The translations under genes and the position numbers were made by a program. A stretch of 62,377 nt of DNA, filler included. It is 5 parts of 5 records of this genome, joined end to end, with 100 filler letters (N's around TTAATTAATTAA, not from the genome) between each part and the next. Parts side by side here need not be neighbours in the genome. Positions count along the whole stretch, not along the records: positions 28,781 to 47,089 come from DRR723986_13599; positions 47,190 to 62,377 come from DRR723986_13600; 3 more parts are not named here. The stretch is one strand, 5' to 3'. The notes under the pieces are model-generated. The model worked only from the letters and a program-made list of their open reading frames with translations, was not told the origin of the DNA and did no database searches. Shown here piece by piece: positions 39,429-49,482 of this stretch (positions within the stretch are counted from its first letter, which is position 1; every line of letters starts with the position of its first letter).

Positions 39429-39936
39429 AATAAAAAAAGCCAATTTAAAAGATGTCGAAGTGCTGTCCCTACTGGGGAGAATTACTTACACAGAGTCGCA
39501 TAGAAAGTTCATTAACAATGAAGTAGACTTAATGAAATATTGTGAAGAGGCTTTTTCTGTAGCCAAGATTTCAGCTGATTTAACCAATACTGAATTCCTG
39601 TTTTATTTGATGTACTTGAATGATTTACCGGTAGGATACGGCAAACTTATTTTGAGAAGCAGTCACGAATGTATTGCATCTGTCAACAACTGTAGACTTG
39701 ATAAAATCTATATTTTGAATGATTTTATTGGATTAAATCTAGGTCAAAAATTGTTTGATTTTATGGAGTTGCAAGCACAACAAGCGAAGCTAAACACAAT
39801 CTGGTTGGTGGTGTACCACAAAAACCATAAGGCTATCAAATTCTATGAAAAAAATGATTTTATCAAAGTTGGCGAAACATTATTTCCTGTGAACGGAACC
39901 CACTACAATAATATCATATTATCAAAAAGTATTTAA
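39421..39936 (+). CDS. GNAT acetyltransferase (PaiA-like)
   Basis: PVGYGK, LDKIYI, IWLVVYHKNHKAIKFYEKNDF. Confidence 0.88.
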   Translation: MIKIKKANLKDVEVLSLLGRITYTESHRKFINNEVDLMKYCEEAFSVAKISADLTNTEFLFYLMYLNDLPVGYGKLILRSSHECIASVNNCRLDKIYILNDFIGLNLGQKLFDFMELQAQQAKLNTIWLVVYHKNHKAIKFYEKNDFIKVGETLFPVNGTHYNNIILSKSI

Positions 39937-39946
39937 AATTTAAACT

Positions 39947-40384
39947 ATGAAAGATGTACATTTTAAGAGCATTTCTCCAATTAATTACCTGGATCGGACA
40001 TTGGATCTCCTCCAAGAACTCAACCCCAAAATGAATCGTTCTCAATTACAAAAACTGCAATTAGAGATGGCTGAATTACCCAATTATATCTGCTTTGGAT
40101 TGTTTTTAAATGATGCACTTATTGGCATTTCAAGTGGTTGGACGACCGTTAGAATTTATTGTGGAAAGCAGTTGGAACTAGACAATGTGATTATTGACCC
40201 GAACATACAATCGCAAGGATTTGGCAAGTTCTTCATGGAATCAATTGAAGAATGGTCGGTTAAAAATGGCTACGAGTCATTAGGCTTAAACACTTACGTT
40301 CAAAATTCTAGGTCACACAAATTCTATTTCAAAGAAGGATTCAAAATACTGGGATTCCATTTCGAAAAAAGTATCCATTCATAA
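39947..40384 (+). CDS. GNAT acetyltransferase
   Basis: ELDNVIIDPNIQSQGFGK, SHKFYFKEGF. Confidence 0.88.
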   Translation: MKDVHFKSISPINYLDRTLDLLQELNPKMNRSQLQKLQLEMAELPNYICFGLFLNDALIGISSGWTTVRIYCGKQLELDNVIIDPNIQSQGFGKFFMESIEEWSVKNGYESLGLNTYVQNSRSHKFYFKEGFKILGFHFEKSIHS

Positions 40385-40393
40385 AGTAAAATC

Positions 40394-41056
40394 ATGAAAG
40401 AATATCCAAAATCAAAACTAAACACTGTTAAACGCGGTCAAAACAGAGCAAGCTATGATGTTGAAAAGATCAATGGAATTCTTGATGCCGGTTTTATTGG
40501 TTATGTAAGTTATGTTTATGAGGGGCGAGCAATTACTTTACCCATGGCTTATGGCAGAAGGGGGAACAAAATCTACCTTCATGGTTCTCAAGGTAATCGG
40601 ATGTTGAAAGCACTTTTATCTGCCAAGGAATTGAGCATGACTGTAATGCATCTGGATGCGCTAGTATTGGCTCGATCGGGCTTGCATCATTCTGTAAATT
40701 ACCGTTCGGTGACATTATTCGGAACCCCCAAAAACATAGAAGATGATCGGCAAAAATCAGAAGCTTTGAAATGTTTTATGGATCACATGATGCCGGGACG
40801 TTGGGATGCCGTACGACCTATGCATCAAAAAGAACTTGACCGAACATTAGTTGTTGAAATGACAATTGAAACTGCCTCGGCCAAAGTAAGAGATGTTGGT
40901 GTAGCTGACGAACCTGAAGATTACAATTTAGATATTTGGGCAGGTTTAATACCTTTAAAACAAGTTGCCGAATATCCCGTTGCTGATGAAGGAAAACCTC
41001 AGCGCATGGATATTCCTAATCATGTTTTAGCTTATTACGAGAAAAATTATCATTGA
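40394..41056 (+). CDS. Pyridoxamine-5'-phosphate oxidase-like flavin-binding protein
   Basis: RASYD, IYLHGS, LVLARSGLHHSVNYRSV, SAKVR, WAGLIP. Confidence 0.9.
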   Translation: MKEYPKSKLNTVKRGQNRASYDVEKINGILDAGFIGYVSYVYEGRAITLPMAYGRRGNKIYLHGSQGNRMLKALLSAKELSMTVMHLDALVLARSGLHHSVNYRSVTLFGTPKNIEDDRQKSEALKCFMDHMMPGRWDAVRPMHQKELDRTLVVEMTIETASAKVRDVGVADEPEDYNLDIWAGLIPLKQVAEYPVADEGKPQRMDIPNHVLAYYEKNYH

Positions 41057-41568
41057 TGAGAATTGAAAATAGCACCTTGAATGATATTGAAAGCATTTTT
41101 GAACTCTACAGAATTGCTACAGATTATATGAAATCAAAAGGCCAAGTCTATTGGCCTGTATTTGAGCGTGATTTAGTTTTATCTGAAATCGTTGAACTCA
41201 GGCAATGGAAGTTGCTGATTGAGGATGAAATAGCTTGCATATGGGCAACAACCTTTAATGATGAATTGATTTGGGAAGATAAATCGAATGATCCAGCTTT
41301 ATATATTCACCGAATTGCAACAAATCCGGCTTTCAGAGGACAAAAACTAACGCAGAGATTGATGACCTGGGCCCTTGATTATGCCGAAGAACATCAACTT
41401 GATTTTATCCGCTTAGATACGGTAGGTTTAAATCAAGGGCTCATTAAACACTACGAACAATTGGGCTTTACTTTATTGGGGGCTGAGGAGCTTCAATCTA
41501 CTAACGGGCTACCTGATCATTATAAGAAAGGACCGGTGTGTTATTTTGAAAAGGCCATTATAGATTAA
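41056..41568 (+). CDS. GNAT acetyltransferase
   Basis: LYIHRIATNPAFRGQ, IRLDT, YEQLGF; TGATG coupling. Confidence 0.88.
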   Translation: MRIENSTLNDIESIFELYRIATDYMKSKGQVYWPVFERDLVLSEIVELRQWKLLIEDEIACIWATTFNDELIWEDKSNDPALYIHRIATNPAFRGQKLTQRLMTWALDYAEEHQLDFIRLDTVGLNQGLIKHYEQLGFTLLGAEELQSTNGLPDHYKKGPVCYFEKAIID

Positions 41569-41629
41569 TTCCCTATATTTATCCTAACAGATAATTTTAT
41601 TTGCTCAACACCTATTTTGCCCTCATCTC

Positions 41630-43450
41630 ATGAAAAATTTCACCGTCTTTATTGGCCTAATCTTATTCACTTTTACTGCGAATGCCCAAGCCGATATTTT
41701 TACAAATAATTCTACTCGATTAATTGATGACTCCAGTCAATGCGGCTTTATTGCAACGCCCACTCAACTCAATACTTTAGAAAATAATCGAGATTATCAG
41801 GATAGAAAAAACAAGTTTATTGCGGAGTATGATTTCCGGGCTTTAACACCAATTGATTGGGTCCCAATCAAAGCGCATATTGCACGTACAGATGCAGGTA
41901 CTGGTGGTTTAACTACTACCGAATTGAATGATGCGATTGATGATATGAATCTTTTTTACATCAATGCAAATATGCAATTCTATCTGTGTGATGGTATCAA
42001 CTATATTGATGATGATGATTACTACAATTTTAATGCTTCTGACGAATCTGCAATGCATGCAGCACACGGTGTTACGAATCTCATCAACATTTATTTTTGC
42101 AATACAGTTACTTCTTCTGGCGGCTCTTCACTCTGCGGATATGCTTATTATCCAGGAGGACCGGATATCATTTTGATGAAAAATAGTTGCGCCGTTAATG
42201 GCAGTACACTTGCACATGAAATGGGACACTTCTATTCATGTCGACACACTCATGGTAGCCCCAATGGTACGTTGACAAGTGAATTGGTAGATGGATCAAA
42301 TTGTGCTACCACTGGAGATTATGTATGCGATACTCCGGCAGATCCTCAATTGGGGAATTCCAATGTGAATACTTCTTGCATTTATGACGGAACGGCACCA
42401 TACACTTCAGGTGGAGGACTTGATGCTAATGGTCAACAATTTGTTCCGAATCCTCACAATGTGATGTCATATTCGCGTAAATCATGCCGAAACTTTTTCT
42501 CTGTTGGACAATACGCACGTATTCACTCGGCTCACTCTACCGTCAGAAATTATTTTACTTGCCCAACATTTGATGTCGATTACTCTGCTACACCAACTTC
42601 AGCATGTAGCCTACCAGCAACAGTTAACTTCACAGATAATAGCGTTGGTGCAACTTCTTGGCAATGGGATGTTGACGGTGATGATATTGTTGACTACACG
42701 ACACAAAACCCAAGCCACGTGTACTCTGTTGCTGGCGATTATGATGTTCGATTGACCATTTCTGATGGAACGACATCCATATCAAAAACAGAGATAAGTT
42801 TCATTTCGGTGGGCGATTTCACAAGTGCTCCATCTACTGAAACTCAAGTTGCTTGCAACAGTTATACATGGCCGCTAAACGGCACCACCTATACGAGCTC
42901 AACAACTGCACCTTCAGTTACTTTAACGAATGTTGCTGGATGCGACTCTGTAGTGAATTTAGACTTAACAATAAATAATGTTTCAGACGTTTCTACCTCT
43001 ATTTCAGGCTTTACGATTCAAGCTAACAACTCGGCTGCGAGCTATGTTTGGTTAGATTGTGACAACAACTATGCAGTAATTCCTGGTGAAACAAGTCAAT
43101 CATTTACTCCTGCTGATGAAGGCAATTATGCTGTTGAACTGACGGAGAATGGATGTGTTGATACCTCAGCTTGTACCACAAACTCAAGTACTGGTGTTAT
43201 CGAAAGTAATTTTGGTGAAGGTTTAGTGGTTTTTCCTAATCCGTCTAATGGTCATTTTTCAATTGATCTTGGCAACACTTATGAAACAATCATGCTATCG
43301 ATTTCGGATGTAAATGGAAAAATTGTTAGCACCGAAAATTATACGCAAAAACAGTTCATTAATTTCACAATTGAAGAGGCAATCGGTATTTACTTCTTAA
43401 CTTTAAGTTCGGGAGATAAAAAAGCTGTTATTCAATTAATTAAGAATTAA
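41630..43450 (+). CDS. Secreted metzincin metalloprotease (M43/pappalysin-like) with PKD and T9SS C-terminal domain
   Basis: Signal peptide, QCG cysteine switch, HEMGHFYSCRH, NVMSY Met-turn, PKD (WDVDGD..NPSHVY), FPNPS...GIYFL...LIK. Confidence 0.88.
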   Translation: MKNFTVFIGLILFTFTANAQADIFTNNSTRLIDDSSQCGFIATPTQLNTLENNRDYQDRKNKFIAEYDFRALTPIDWVPIKAHIARTDAGTGGLTTTELNDAIDDMNLFYINANMQFYLCDGINYIDDDDYYNFNASDESAMHAAHGVTNLINIYFCNTVTSSGGSSLCGYAYYPGGPDIILMKNSCAVNGSTLAHEMGHFYSCRHTHGSPNGTLTSELVDGSNCATTGDYVCDTPADPQLGNSNVNTSCIYDGTAPYTSGGGLDANGQQFVPNPHNVMSYSRKSCRNFFSVGQYARIHSAHSTVRNYFTCPTFDVDYSATPTSACSLPATVNFTDNSVGATSWQWDVDGDDIVDYTTQNPSHVYSVAGDYDVRLTISDGTTSISKTEISFISVGDFTSAPSTETQVACNSYTWPLNGTTYTSSTTAPSVTLTNVAGCDSVVNLDLTINNVSDVSTSISGFTIQANNSAASYVWLDCDNNYAVIPGETSQSFTPADEGNYAVELTENGCVDTSACTTNSSTGVIESNFGEGLVVFPNPSNGHFSIDLGNTYETIMLSISDVNGKIVSTENYTQKQFINFTIEEAIGIYFLTLSSGDKKAVIQLIKN

Positions 43451-43483
43451 ATGAACTTATTTAAAAGTTCTTCAAAACTTGCT

Positions 43484-44278
43484 TTAAATAACTGAAATCA
43501 ACTCCTCAAAGTTTTTCTTGAGCACCTCACGCATTGTATATGCTCGAGATTCATCAAATTGACGCTCTGCATCATCCATATATAAGTTTTTGTTGCGTTC
43601 TAACTGCAAGCCGTGAATACTCTTACCAGGATTACCGAAGTACCGCGTAATATGACCTCCTTTGAAAGGATTATTATGATTCACCTGATATTTTGATGAC
43701 AGGTTCTTTAAAGTAATATCAATGAACTCCTGATCAGCAGATTGCTCATCATTATCCCCTAGTATCATTTGCGGAAAAGGTTCTTTTCGGATAGTGGGCA
43801 CTAATTCTCTGATAGAATGAGCATCCCACAAAATGACTTTACCAAATTGCTGGATTCGCTCATCTAACAAGCTTTGTAGCTGCTGATAATAGGGCCAATA
43901 ATACTTATCCAGTCTTCGATTCACCTCTTGCACATCAGGCTCGCAACCTTCTTTATAAATCGGGTTACCTAAAAAATCAGTTGTGGTCGTTAAGCCTGTG
44001 ATGATACGTCCGTCATTATACAAAGGAGCACTTTCAGGATCTCGATTTAAATCAATTACCCATCTGCTGTATTTTGCATAAACAGTTGTGATTCCTAATT
44101 CCGGAGCAAAATTGTACAAGTCTTGCAAAAACCAATCGGTATCATCTACTGATTCCATTTGTTCAGGCAGATAATCCCCTTTCACTTCATCTGGAAAATC
44201 TGTACCGCAGTGAGGAATAGATAGAATTACCGGGACTACCGGTGCTGTTGCTTCTCTGATATAAAAAGGATTTGCCAT
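43484..44278 (-). CDS. hutG: N-formylglutamate amidohydrolase
   Basis: SIPHCGT, DDTDW, SRWVIDLNR, YYWPYY, WDAHSI, PFKGGHITR, LQLE. Confidence 0.9.
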   Translation of the reverse strand: MANPFYIREATAPVVPVILSIPHCGTDFPDEVKGDYLPEQMESVDDTDWFLQDLYNFAPELGITTVYAKYSRWVIDLNRDPESAPLYNDGRIITGLTTTTDFLGNPIYKEGCEPDVQEVNRRLDKYYWPYYQQLQSLLDERIQQFGKVILWDAHSIRELVPTIRKEPFPQMILGDNDEQSADQEFIDITLKNLSSKYQVNHNNPFKGGHITRYFGNPGKSIHGLQLERNKNLYMDDAERQFDESRAYTMREVLKKNFEELISVI

Positions 44279-44378
44279 GATTCGGTTTTTGATCATACAA
44301 AGATGTAAAATAAAATAGTGTGCTTTCAACTAAATCTTCAGTTTAAGTACGTATATTAGCTTAAACCAACATCCATTT

Positions 44379-44831
44379 ATGAAAAAGATTACTCTATTTT
44401 TTGCATTGTTTTTTACGCTCAACTTATCATTTGCAGGTTCAATTCCAATTCCTGTTTGTTTTCCTTGTGAATACATTGCTGAAGTTAAAAGCCTTCCTGC
44501 AGATTCGACCTTTTTGGGTGAATGGAATGATCCGTTAGATGTTGGATATAGACACAAACAAATCAGTATCCTTTGGGTTCCTATTTGGAATTATGAAGGT
44601 GAATATTGCTTAACCAATAAAGCTCGAGACACCTATTATGATATTCTGCCGGATGAGAAAAAATTTCTAGCCGCTAAACACGACATTGATTTTGATGCAA
44701 ATCCATTGTCTTTTTGGGACAAAATTGGCGGAAAATTAGTTTTGGGCTTACTCATACTATTGGCTCTATATGGCACTTTTGGAAGAAGTAAAGATGAGCC
44801 TGAAGCAACTGAACCTGAAGCAGAAGCTTAA
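44379..44831 (+). CDS. Hypothetical exported membrane-anchored protein
   Basis: Signal peptide, VPIWNY, C-terminal TM FWDKIGGKL. Confidence 0.8.
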   Translation: MKKITLFFALFFTLNLSFAGSIPIPVCFPCEYIAEVKSLPADSTFLGEWNDPLDVGYRHKQISILWVPIWNYEGEYCLTNKARDTYYDILPDEKKFLAAKHDIDFDANPLSFWDKIGGKLVLGLLILLALYGTFGRSKDEPEATEPEAEA

Positions 44832-45691
44832 TTCCTTTTCCAAATTAATTCAGGAATTTCTTGATTTTCTCCTATGATTTCAGCCGTTCTTAGGTGATAA
44901 ATGACGTTTTCAATCATCTTATCAGATACCCAACCGTGAATCGCCCACTCAGTTGAGTTGTACCAACGTTCGCAATCTTTCATTTGCAGGCCATAACGGT
45001 TTGCAGCAATTGCTATGGCGTCCGGGTTCTCCATAAAACGATCACATTGGTCATGAATGATTCTTAGCATACGAATAATATGCTCAGGATGCTTCTGCAA
45101 AATCTCGTCTCTTGCCGCAATAACAAAGCAAGGCCAAGGTGTACGGTATTCGCCAATTCGCTTTAACTGACCCGAATCAACATAAGGTTTTGTGGTGTAT
45201 TTCTCCCAATAAAAAACATCCGTCTCATTATCTCTCAATGAAGGTAAAGCACCATTGATATCCTTAATAATCGTAAACTGTTCTTTATTTAATTTGTGAC
45301 CTGCGCTCTCTGCGTCTACAATAGCCATTAGATGGGACCCCGAACCAAATCGAGAAATAGCGTATTGTTTATTGTAAATATCTCTGTAATCTTTTAGTTC
45401 ATTATTGATACCTGTATGCACACCCCAAGTAAGCGGAGTCAATACATATTCGGAGATAATTTTACAGGGATTTCCGTTAATCATATCCGCAATAACTCCT
45501 TCGGTCAATAGAATACAAATATCAACTTCATCATCTCTTAAGGCTTTGGTCATTTGACCAGTCCCTCCTCCAAAATCAGTCCATTCGAGTTCAATTCCCC
45601 TTTTAGAAAAAGCGCCTTGTTCCTGTGCCAAGTGAATTGGCAAATTAAAGTGCTCGGGAACTCCTCCAATCCTAATCTTTACTGTATCCAT
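44828..45691 (-). CDS. Type-2 periplasmic-binding-fold protein (NMT1/SsuA-like)
   Basis: GGVPEHFNLP, GGTGQM, SRFGSGSHLM, WEKYTTKP, TPWPCF. Confidence 0.85.
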   Translation of the reverse strand: MDTVKIRIGGVPEHFNLPIHLAQEQGAFSKRGIELEWTDFGGGTGQMTKALRDDEVDICILLTEGVIADMINGNPCKIISEYVLTPLTWGVHTGINNELKDYRDIYNKQYAISRFGSGSHLMAIVDAESAGHKLNKEQFTIIKDINGALPSLRDNETDVFYWEKYTTKPYVDSGQLKRIGEYRTPWPCFVIAARDEILQKHPEHIIRMLRIIHDQCDRFMENPDAIAIAANRYGLQMKDCERWYNSTEWAIHGWVSDKMIENVIYHLRTAEIIGENQEIPELIWKRN

Positions 45692-45745
45692 AAAGCGAAG
45701 GTAAATATTTGCAATAAAATGGCGTGCAGCAATTGTTAAAAGATT

Positions 45746-45785
45746 GAACCTTTTATGGCGATAAGCGTAAAAGACTGTAACTTTG
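45746..45785 (+). promoter_or_regulatory. Tandem putative ECF (AAC-N16-CGT) and primary-sigma (TAACTTTG) promoter elements
   Basis: GAACC..CGTAA at 45746-45770; TAACTTTG at 45778-45785. Confidence 0.45.
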
Positions 45786-45823
45786 TTGTGTTACTTTTAA
45801 TAGCGTAATCGTTATAAGCAAAA

Positions 45824-46915
45824 ATGAAAACCTTAACTGTCATATTACTGCTTGTTCCGACTTTAATTTTTGCCAATAAAATTGAGGTTGATACTTTCCT
45901 CGTTGCGCAAGAGGCAAAAATCGGTCAAATAATCAAAGAGTTACGCTCAGCTGAGGATGACGGTGAAAAAGAATCTATCAATATTGATTTGCAAGCTGCT
46001 TTTGAGGACATGTTAGAATATCCTGGTGTGGTTGAATACCCGTTTGCGTCTTGGAATACTATTTCAACCATTACATCACCAGATGGTGCTTTCAGAATTT
46101 TTAATTGGAACATTGAAGACAAAGATTTGAATCATTCTCATTTTTGCTATGTAGTTAAGCCTTCGTATGGAAACAAACCAAACAAGGTGTATAAATTCAA
46201 AGAAGATAAAATCACTTTACCCCCTCGACCTGATATGGGCTTGACGCCTGACCGTTGGTACGGAGCTTTGTATTACAAAATTATTCCTGTCCAAAAAGGA
46301 AGTAAGACTTACTACACGGTTTTGGGATATAGCGGTAAAGATCGCAGCACCAATATGAAGCTATTGGAAGTATTTTATTTTAAAGGAAAAACATTGCGTT
46401 TAGGTTACCCGCTATTTCAAGAATCAGCTGGCTCTAAAAAATTATTACGTAGAGTTTTCTTTCAGTATTCTGAGAAAGCCATTATGTCTGTAAATGTAAA
46501 CGAAAAGTTGGGCGGAATTGTATTTGACCATTTAGTGCCAGAGCAAAAGAACTTAGAAGGCATGTACAGCTTTTACATCCCGGATATGACTTATGACGCG
46601 TACCGATTAGACGGAGGTGTTTGGATGTACAACGAAGATGTAATTGCATACAATGACGAAAATAAAAAAGTAAAGCAATGGCGACCGTCAGAAGGCGGAA
46701 ACAGCAGCGAATATCAGGAGGTGAAAGATTTTTGGATTAATCCTGTAGATCCTAATAACCCTACGGGCGGAGGAACAGACGCAACAGCACCAATTGAAGA
46801 CCTTTCAGAAGATGCGAAAAAGAAAAACGCGCGAAAAGCCAAGAAAGAAAAACGAAGAAAATTCAAACTCTTTAAGAAGAAAAAGAAGAATCGATCGGCC
46901 ATTGGCGCGGATTAG
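45824..46915 (+). CDS. Exported hypothetical protein with Lys-rich tail
   Basis: Signal peptide; SPDGAFRIFNWN, WYGALYY, IVFDHL. Confidence 0.85.
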   Translation: MKTLTVILLLVPTLIFANKIEVDTFLVAQEAKIGQIIKELRSAEDDGEKESINIDLQAAFEDMLEYPGVVEYPFASWNTISTITSPDGAFRIFNWNIEDKDLNHSHFCYVVKPSYGNKPNKVYKFKEDKITLPPRPDMGLTPDRWYGALYYKIIPVQKGSKTYYTVLGYSGKDRSTNMKLLEVFYFKGKTLRLGYPLFQESAGSKKLLRRVFFQYSEKAIMSVNVNEKLGGIVFDHLVPEQKNLEGMYSFYIPDMTYDAYRLDGGVWMYNEDVIAYNDENKKVKQWRPSEGGNSSEYQEVKDFWINPVDPNNPTGGGTDATAPIEDLSEDAKKKNARKAKKEKRRKFKLFKKKKKNRSAIGAD

Positions 46916-46920
46916 TTTTA

Positions 46921-46976
46921 TTTCGATTTTCGATTACCGATTCTCGATTTTCGATTACCGATTTTCGAGTTTCGAG
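46921..46976. repeat. Degenerate heptamer tandem repeat (TTTCGAT-type) x8
   Basis: tttcgat tttcgat taccgat tctcgat tttcgat taccgat tttcgag tttcgag. Confidence 0.95.
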
Positions 46977-47018
46977 TTCTATATTAAGTTCTTGAAACCA
47001 TTAAGAAGCAAGACCAAA

Positions 47019-47088
47019 TCTAAATTCTAGATTCTAGACTCTAGACTCTAGACTCTTGATTCTTGACTCTTGGTTCTTGGTTCTAAGT
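47019..47088. repeat. Degenerate heptamer tandem repeat (TCTAGAC-type) x10
   Basis: tctaaat tctagat tctagac x3 tcttgat tcttgac tcttggt x2 tctaagt. Confidence 0.95.
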
Positions 47089-47089
47089 T

Positions 47090-47189
47090 NNNNNNNNNNN
47101 NNNNNNNNNNNNNNNNNNNNNNNNNNNNNNNNNTTAATTAATTAANNNNNNNNNNNNNNNNNNNNNNNNNNNNNNNNNNNNNNNNNNNN
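47090..47189. other. Artificial contig linker
   Basis: N44-TTAATTAATTAA-N44. Confidence 0.99.
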
Positions 47190-47221
47190 CAAGCCAGAAG
47201 CATCAAGCCGGATCAGAAGCA

Positions 47222-47340
47222 TTGCTTAGGCAAGGTGGCACAGTACCCAAGTCTCGACCACACCAACGCCGCGCCACAATCAAAAGACTTGCTTAAGGCT
47301 TGGTGACGTAGCACCCAAGCCTCGCCATAACCCAACTCCG
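47222..47340. repeat. Two degenerate ~50-bp REP-like direct repeats
   Basis: TTGCTTA-GGC..GGTG..ACCCAAG.CTCG..CCAAC.CCG at 47222 and 47289; copy 2 folds AGGCTTGGTG/CACCCAAGCCT. Confidence 0.65.
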
Positions 47341-47351
47341 AAGCAAGCAAC

Positions 47352-47384
47352 AAAAAAGCCGTTGGTCGCGAAACCAACGGCTTT
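47352..47384 (-). terminator. Intrinsic terminator of ftsH
   Basis: AAAGCCGTTGGT/ACCAACGGCTTT stem with T-run on the minus strand. Confidence 0.9.
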
Positions 47385-47409
47385 CAGGTTATAACAAATC
47401 CAGCAGGGT

Positions 47410-49338
47410 TTACTCTGCTTTCACACTCATCGCAGCAGGTGCAGGCTGAGGCGAAGGAGCAACCTTCTCGCCACCGCCACCACTGGAACTAGGGCTGCCA
47501 CCCGTGGGAGGTGTGCTACCACCCGTTGAAGGCGGGCGTGGATCTTTTCCTTCCATGATGTCGTTGATTTGGTCCGCATCAATGGTTTCCCATTCCAGCA
47601 AGGCCTTGGCCATGGTGTGAACCTTGTCACGGTTCTGATCCAGAATATCCCAAGCCACCTTGTACTGCGAATCGATGATCTTGCGGATTTCCGCATCCAC
47701 CATCTGCATGGTCTGCTCGCTCATGTGCGTGGTCTTGGTCACTGAGCGGCCGAGGAACACCTCGCCTTCGTTCTCGGCATACACCATGGGGCCAAGAGCC
47801 TCGGTCATGCCGTAACGGGTCACCATGTCACGGGCAATGGCTGTTGCACGTTCAAAGTCATTCGATGCACCAGTGGTCATCTGGTTCATGAAAATTTCTT
47901 CAGCAATGCGGCCACCAAACAGCACGGCAATGGTACACAACATGCGTTCCTTGTCCATGCTGTAACGGTCACCTTCCGGCAACTGCATGGTCACGCCCAA
48001 AGCACGACCACGAGGAATAATCGTCACCTTGTGCACCGGGTCGGTTTTGGTCATCAATTTGGCGACCACAGCGTGGCCCGATTCGTGGTAAGCCGTGTTG
48101 CGGCGTTCCTCTTCGGGCATCACCATGCTACGGCGCTCAGCACCCATGATGATCTTGTCTTTGGCTTTTTCAAAGTCGTTCATTTCAACCACACGGCCAT
48201 TTCGACGTGCGGCAAACAAAGCAGCTTCGTTCACCAGGTTGGCCAAATCTGCGCCCGAGAAACCGGGGCAACCACGGGCCAGTACAGATGCGTCCACGTC
48301 TGGCGACATAGGGATTTTGCGCATGTGCACTTTCAGAATCTGTTCACGGCCACGAATGTCAGGCAGGCTGACCACCACCTGTCGGTCGAAACGACCAGGA
48401 CGCAACAAGGCCGGGTCGAGTACATCGGGACGGTTAGTCGCCGCAATCACAATGATGGCCTGGTCTGTCGAAAAACCATCCATTTCCACCAGCATCTGGT
48501 TCAGGGTTTGCTCGCGCTCGTCATTTCCGCCGCCCAAACCAGCGCCACGCTGACGACCCACCGCATCAATTTCGTCGATAAAAATAATGCAAGGCGCCTG
48601 CTTCTTGGCCTGTTCAAACATGTCACGAACACGCGCTGCACCCACACCGACAAACATTTCGACGAAGTCGGAGCCAGAGATTGCAAAGAACGGAACCTTG
48701 GCTTCGCCAGCAATGGCTTTGGCCAGCAGGGTTTTACCAGTGCCTGGCGACCCTACCATCAATACACCACGGGGAATACGGCCACCCAGCTTTTGGAACT
48801 TGGAAGGATCTTTCAGGAAATCAACCATTTCCTGTACGTCTTCCTTGGCCTCGTCACAGCCAGCCACGTCCGCAAAGGTCACTGGATTTGTGTTCTCATC
48901 CAGCAACTTGGCACGGCTTTTACCGAAACTGAACGCACCACCTTTGCCTCCACCCTGCATTTGACGCATGAAGAAAATCCACACGCCGATCAGGAGAATC
49001 ATGGGGAACCAGCTCACGAACAGGCTCATCAGCAAGGATGGCTCTTCTTCAGGCTTGGCACGTACTTGCACGCCGTATTTCAGCAGATCACCCACCATCC
49101 AGATATCGCCAGGCGAATACACCACCCGCTCACGGTCATCAGTGGTGAGAGCGCGCACAGTGCGGCCCTCGACGATCACGCTCTTGATGCGTCCATTCTG
49201 CGCATCCTGCATGAACTCGGAATAGGTCATTTCGTTGGAGCGCGTTTGCTGCCCTTCAAACTGTTTGAACACAGTAAAGAGCACCAGCGCCACAACCAAC
49301 CAGACTGCTGCTTTGGAAAACGAATTATTCAATGCCAC
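47410..49338 (-). CDS. ftsH: ATP-dependent zinc metalloprotease FtsH
   Basis: [27 protein letters not shown]. Confidence 0.98.
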   Translation of the reverse strand: MALNNSFSKAAVWLVVALVLFTVFKQFEGQQTRSNEMTYSEFMQDAQNGRIKSVIVEGRTVRALTTDDRERVVYSPGDIWMVGDLLKYGVQVRAKPEEEPSLLMSLFVSWFPMILLIGVWIFFMRQMQGGGKGGAFSFGKSRAKLLDENTNPVTFADVAGCDEAKEDVQEMVDFLKDPSKFQKLGGRIPRGVLMVGSPGTGKTLLAKAIAGEAKVPFFAISGSDFVEMFVGVGAARVRDMFEQAKKQAPCIIFIDEIDAVGRQRGAGLGGGNDEREQTLNQMLVEMDGFSTDQAIIVIAATNRPDVLDPALLRPGRFDRQVVVSLPDIRGREQILKVHMRKIPMSPDVDASVLARGCPGFSGADLANLVNEAALFAARRNGRVVEMNDFEKAKDKIIMGAERRSMVMPEEERRNTAYHESGHAVVAKLMTKTDPVHKVTIIPRGRALGVTMQLPEGDRYSMDKERMLCTIAVLFGGRIAEEIFMNQMTTGASNDFERATAIARDMVTRYGMTEALGPMVYAENEGEVFLGRSVTKTTHMSEQTMQMVDAEIRKIIDSQYKVAWDILDQNRDKVHTMAKALLEWETIDADQINDIMEGKDPRPPSTGGSTPPTGGSPSSSGGGGEKVAPSPQPAPAAMSVKAE

Positions 49339-49482
49339 TTCTCCTCGAGGACTCTGCCACCACCCTAGGGAAATGGGGACAGGATGTCCATTTTAAACCC
49401 AAGCGAATGAAATACGCCATCACACTATTTCATGGTGTGGATTAACAATCGCAATCACCTGGATCATGATGCTGCAAAATAC

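Noticed and set aside
46794-47030. 78-aa ORF containing FSIFDYR repeats
   Set aside because: Translation by-product of the heptamer repeat overlapping the end of the real gene.
47222-47340. Possible CRISPR array (67-bp period)
   Set aside because: Only two degenerate ~50-bp units with a short spacer and no cas genes.
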